A DNA stretch of 64,000 nucleotides from Candidatus Marinacidobacterales bacterium. Its GTDB lineage: Bacteria > Acidobacteriota > Vicinamibacteria > Marinacidobacterales > DATDRI01. Under the pieces are notes generated by a model that was not told the origin of the DNA, did no database searches, and saw only the letters and a list, made by a program, of their open reading frames with translations. The stretch spans positions 288,001-352,000 of the forward strand of contig CBDCNP010000002.1 in the NCBI GenBank assembly GCA_965219415.1, in the 5' to 3' direction. A program made the translations under genes and the position numbers. Shown piece by piece: positions 61,598-64,000 of this stretch (position 1 is its first letter; each line of letters opens with the position of its first letter).

Positions 61598-62608
61598 AAA
61601 GTTCAAGCCTGATATTCCTGACAGTAAGGTCAGGCCACGCGAGGTTTTTCTGAATAGGAGGAAGTTTCTGACCGCACTTGGGCTCGGAGCCCTCGCGGCT
61701 CCCTAGGCGTGTCGCCCCGCGAACGGCGGCGCAGAAGAAACCGCGAAGCTGACGCCACCCTTTCAACGACCGGAGGTGTTTCCGGCCGAAGCCAACCGAA
61801 GCATCAAGCTCCCCCCTAGCCTCAGGCGCACCGAGCTCACGCCACGGGAAGTGGCGGCCTCCTTCAACAATTTCTACGAGTTCCTTCCCGGAGGCGGCGG
61901 ACCGGTCTGGGAGTTCGTCGAGAAATTCGAAGTCGACCCGTGGAAGGTCGAAGTCGGCGGAGAATGTCAAAAGCCGATGACGCTCGACCTCGACGACGTC
62001 TTCGCCTTCGAGCAGGAAGAGCGGATCTATCACTTTCGCTGCGTCGAGCGGTGGGCGATGAACGTTCCCTGGACGGGATTTCCACTCAAGAAACTTTTGC
62101 AGAAGGTGGAGCCCAAAGACTCAGCCAAGTACGTACGCTTCGAAAGCGCCCTCGACCGTAGCCAAATGCCGGGAGCAAAGGACTCACCATGGTACCCATG
62201 GCCCTATCACGAGGCGCTCAGGATGGATGAGGCGATGAACGATCTCACCTTCGTGGCGACGGGCGTGTACGGTGAGCCGCTACTGAAGCAGCACGGAGCT
62301 CCCTTCCGCATGGTCGTTCCATGGAAGTATGGGTAAAGGGTCCCAAATCGGTGGTGAAGATCAAGCTGGTAAAAAAGCCGCCCAAGACGTTCTGGCAAAT
62401 CCAACCCCACGAGTACGGGTTCCTCTCCAATATCAATCCCAACATCCCCCACCCTCGTTGGAGCCAGATGGAGTCGCATTGGTTGGACACGCGCGATAAA
62501 TTCCCGACGGCGATCTTCAACGGCTACGAGGAATACGTCGCCGATCTTTACCCGGATGAGCCGCGAGCTCCCCAGAAGCCGTTGAGAGAAGGTCAGACCG
62601 CACGGTGA
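61590..62608 (+). CDS. msrP: Protein-methionine-sulfoxide reductase catalytic subunit; in-frame TAG at 61704 and frameshift near 62335
   Basis: Tat motif FLNRRKFL; NNFYEF, RCVE.W, EALRMDEAMN, GAPFRMVVPWKYG, NINP..PHPRWSQ, FNGY. Confidence 0.9.
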
Positions 62609-62627
62609 GCTCTTTGGATAGATATCG

Positions 62628-64000
62628 CTAGCGGAAGTTCTCCACCATCATGATGTCGCTGCTCATCTCATCCGCGTTCGAATAGACCACCCATTGACCG
62701 TCTGGAGACACGGTGAGCCCCACATTCATGCCACCAAAGTTCGTTCGATTAGCAAAGGAAACCAGCTCCCGTATCTCCTTGGTGTCGAGATCCAAGAGCT
62801 CGAGGGTGGGACCGCTGTTCCCTTCCGGGTTGATGTAAACGATGTTCCCACGCCACAGGACCCAGTCCATGAAGTCGGGCTCCTTGTCCAGGACAAGCGT
62901 CTCTTCTCCGCCGTCGACAGGCATTCTCCAGATCTTGTTTCGGCGTGGCTCAGGATGCCGGGTGAAATAGACGAAATGCCCGTCCTCTGACTCGAACGCG
63001 GTCATGCCGCCGTTTCTCGTCACCTGCTGCGGCTCTCCTCCTTCGACAGCGATCTTCCAAATTTCCGACCGCCCGGTCGGGCTGGAGGCTGAAGTAGATG
63101 AAGCGCCCATCGCGAGACCAGCTGAGGTGGTAATCGGCTACCTCGTCTCGCTCAGGCGCGAGGCGGCGGTGGAAGCCTCCCGTCGCCTCCACGACGTGCA
63201 GGCTACTGTCGGCTCGCTGGATAAAGGCGATCTGGCGCCCGTCCGGTGACCAGGCGGGCCACCATCCCTCGGCGAGGCGGCCACAGTCTTTCTCCCTCAT
63301 CATCGCAAGTCCAGATCTCCCCCGTTCCCGAGCGCTGCGTCACAAATGCCAACCGAGTCCCCTCTGGAGAATACTTGGGTCGGGCGTCGAAGTAGGTCGA
63401 AGCGATGAGTCGCTCGGGTGAAGCCAGGCGTCCGGCGTTCGGTCCGCCAACCCGCCATATGTTGATGTTCAGTTTGGATAGTCGCGCGTACGCCAGTCGA
63501 TTGCCGGTTCTTGCACTGGTGACGTAAATCGCACCGTCTCCAAACGGGAGCCTTTTCGACTCACCCCCACTGGCGGGAACGCGCCAGAGACTCGTACTTC
63601 CAATCGCATCGAACTCAGTAATGGCAGAGTAGATGAGCTCTCGACCATCTGAGGTCCAGTCTAATCCCCGGACGTTCACGTCGGAGGTGAGCTGCGTCTC
63701 CTCCCCTCCAGCCGCCGATACCTGATAGACGTCGCCGGGGGCGAGCATGTAGCCCCCCCGCGACCGAACAAAGGCGACGGTCTCCCCATCCGGCGAGAAG
63801 GTCGGACGGGCATCGTTGAATCCCGGACCCGGCGAGGTGAGTTTTCTTCTTTCTCCGGTGTCGAGGGAGAGAAGGAAAATCGCGTCCGGCGAGGGTGGCG
63901 AGACTTCATCGACAATCGCGAGGAGCTTGCCGTCCGGCGACCAAGAGAGTTTCTGACGCGCATACTGTTTTGAATGGATGGTGCCCAATCGACGCTCCGC
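62628..64000 (-). CDS. TolB-like PD40-repeat beta-propeller protein, 5' end outside the window; frameshifts near 63290 and 63088
   Basis: Repeated W/FSPDG motifs; C-terminus SDIMMVENFR. Confidence 0.88.

Overview
GC-rich bacterial chromosomal segment. Gene content (DUF4388, PD40 propeller, DUF5666-M48, DUF1549/1553-DUF1501, GT-C-like membrane proteins) suggests Acidobacteriota; this is an inference. There are about 50 protein-coding loci, mostly envelope, transport and housekeeping genes. These include a LolA-like/FtsX ABC operon, cofE-npdG (coenzyme F420), lexA, exeA-gspB, mscS, ubiG and msrP. Three complete insertion sequences have terminal repeats and target-site duplications readable in the sequence: ISL3 (8607-9990), IS256 (25143-26514) and IS3 (56460-57774). 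The ISL3 and IS3 elements disrupt genes. About 19 small frameshifts, many in short homopolymers, point to long-read consensus error or genome decay. I saw no rRNA, tRNA or CRISPR array. The most interesting observations are: (1) a gene missing from the ORF track (<1-841, minus) that fuses an alkyltransferase-like PWHRV domain, a Cys-less Ada-like module and a 2OG-Fe(II) oxygenase; (2) a lexA-DUF3467 operon ending in a catalytically dead mini Y-family polymerase, with a candidate direct-repeat SOS box; (3) an F420 locus with a divergent double nitroreductase; (4) two junctions where unrelated gene fragments are joined, each near an IS.
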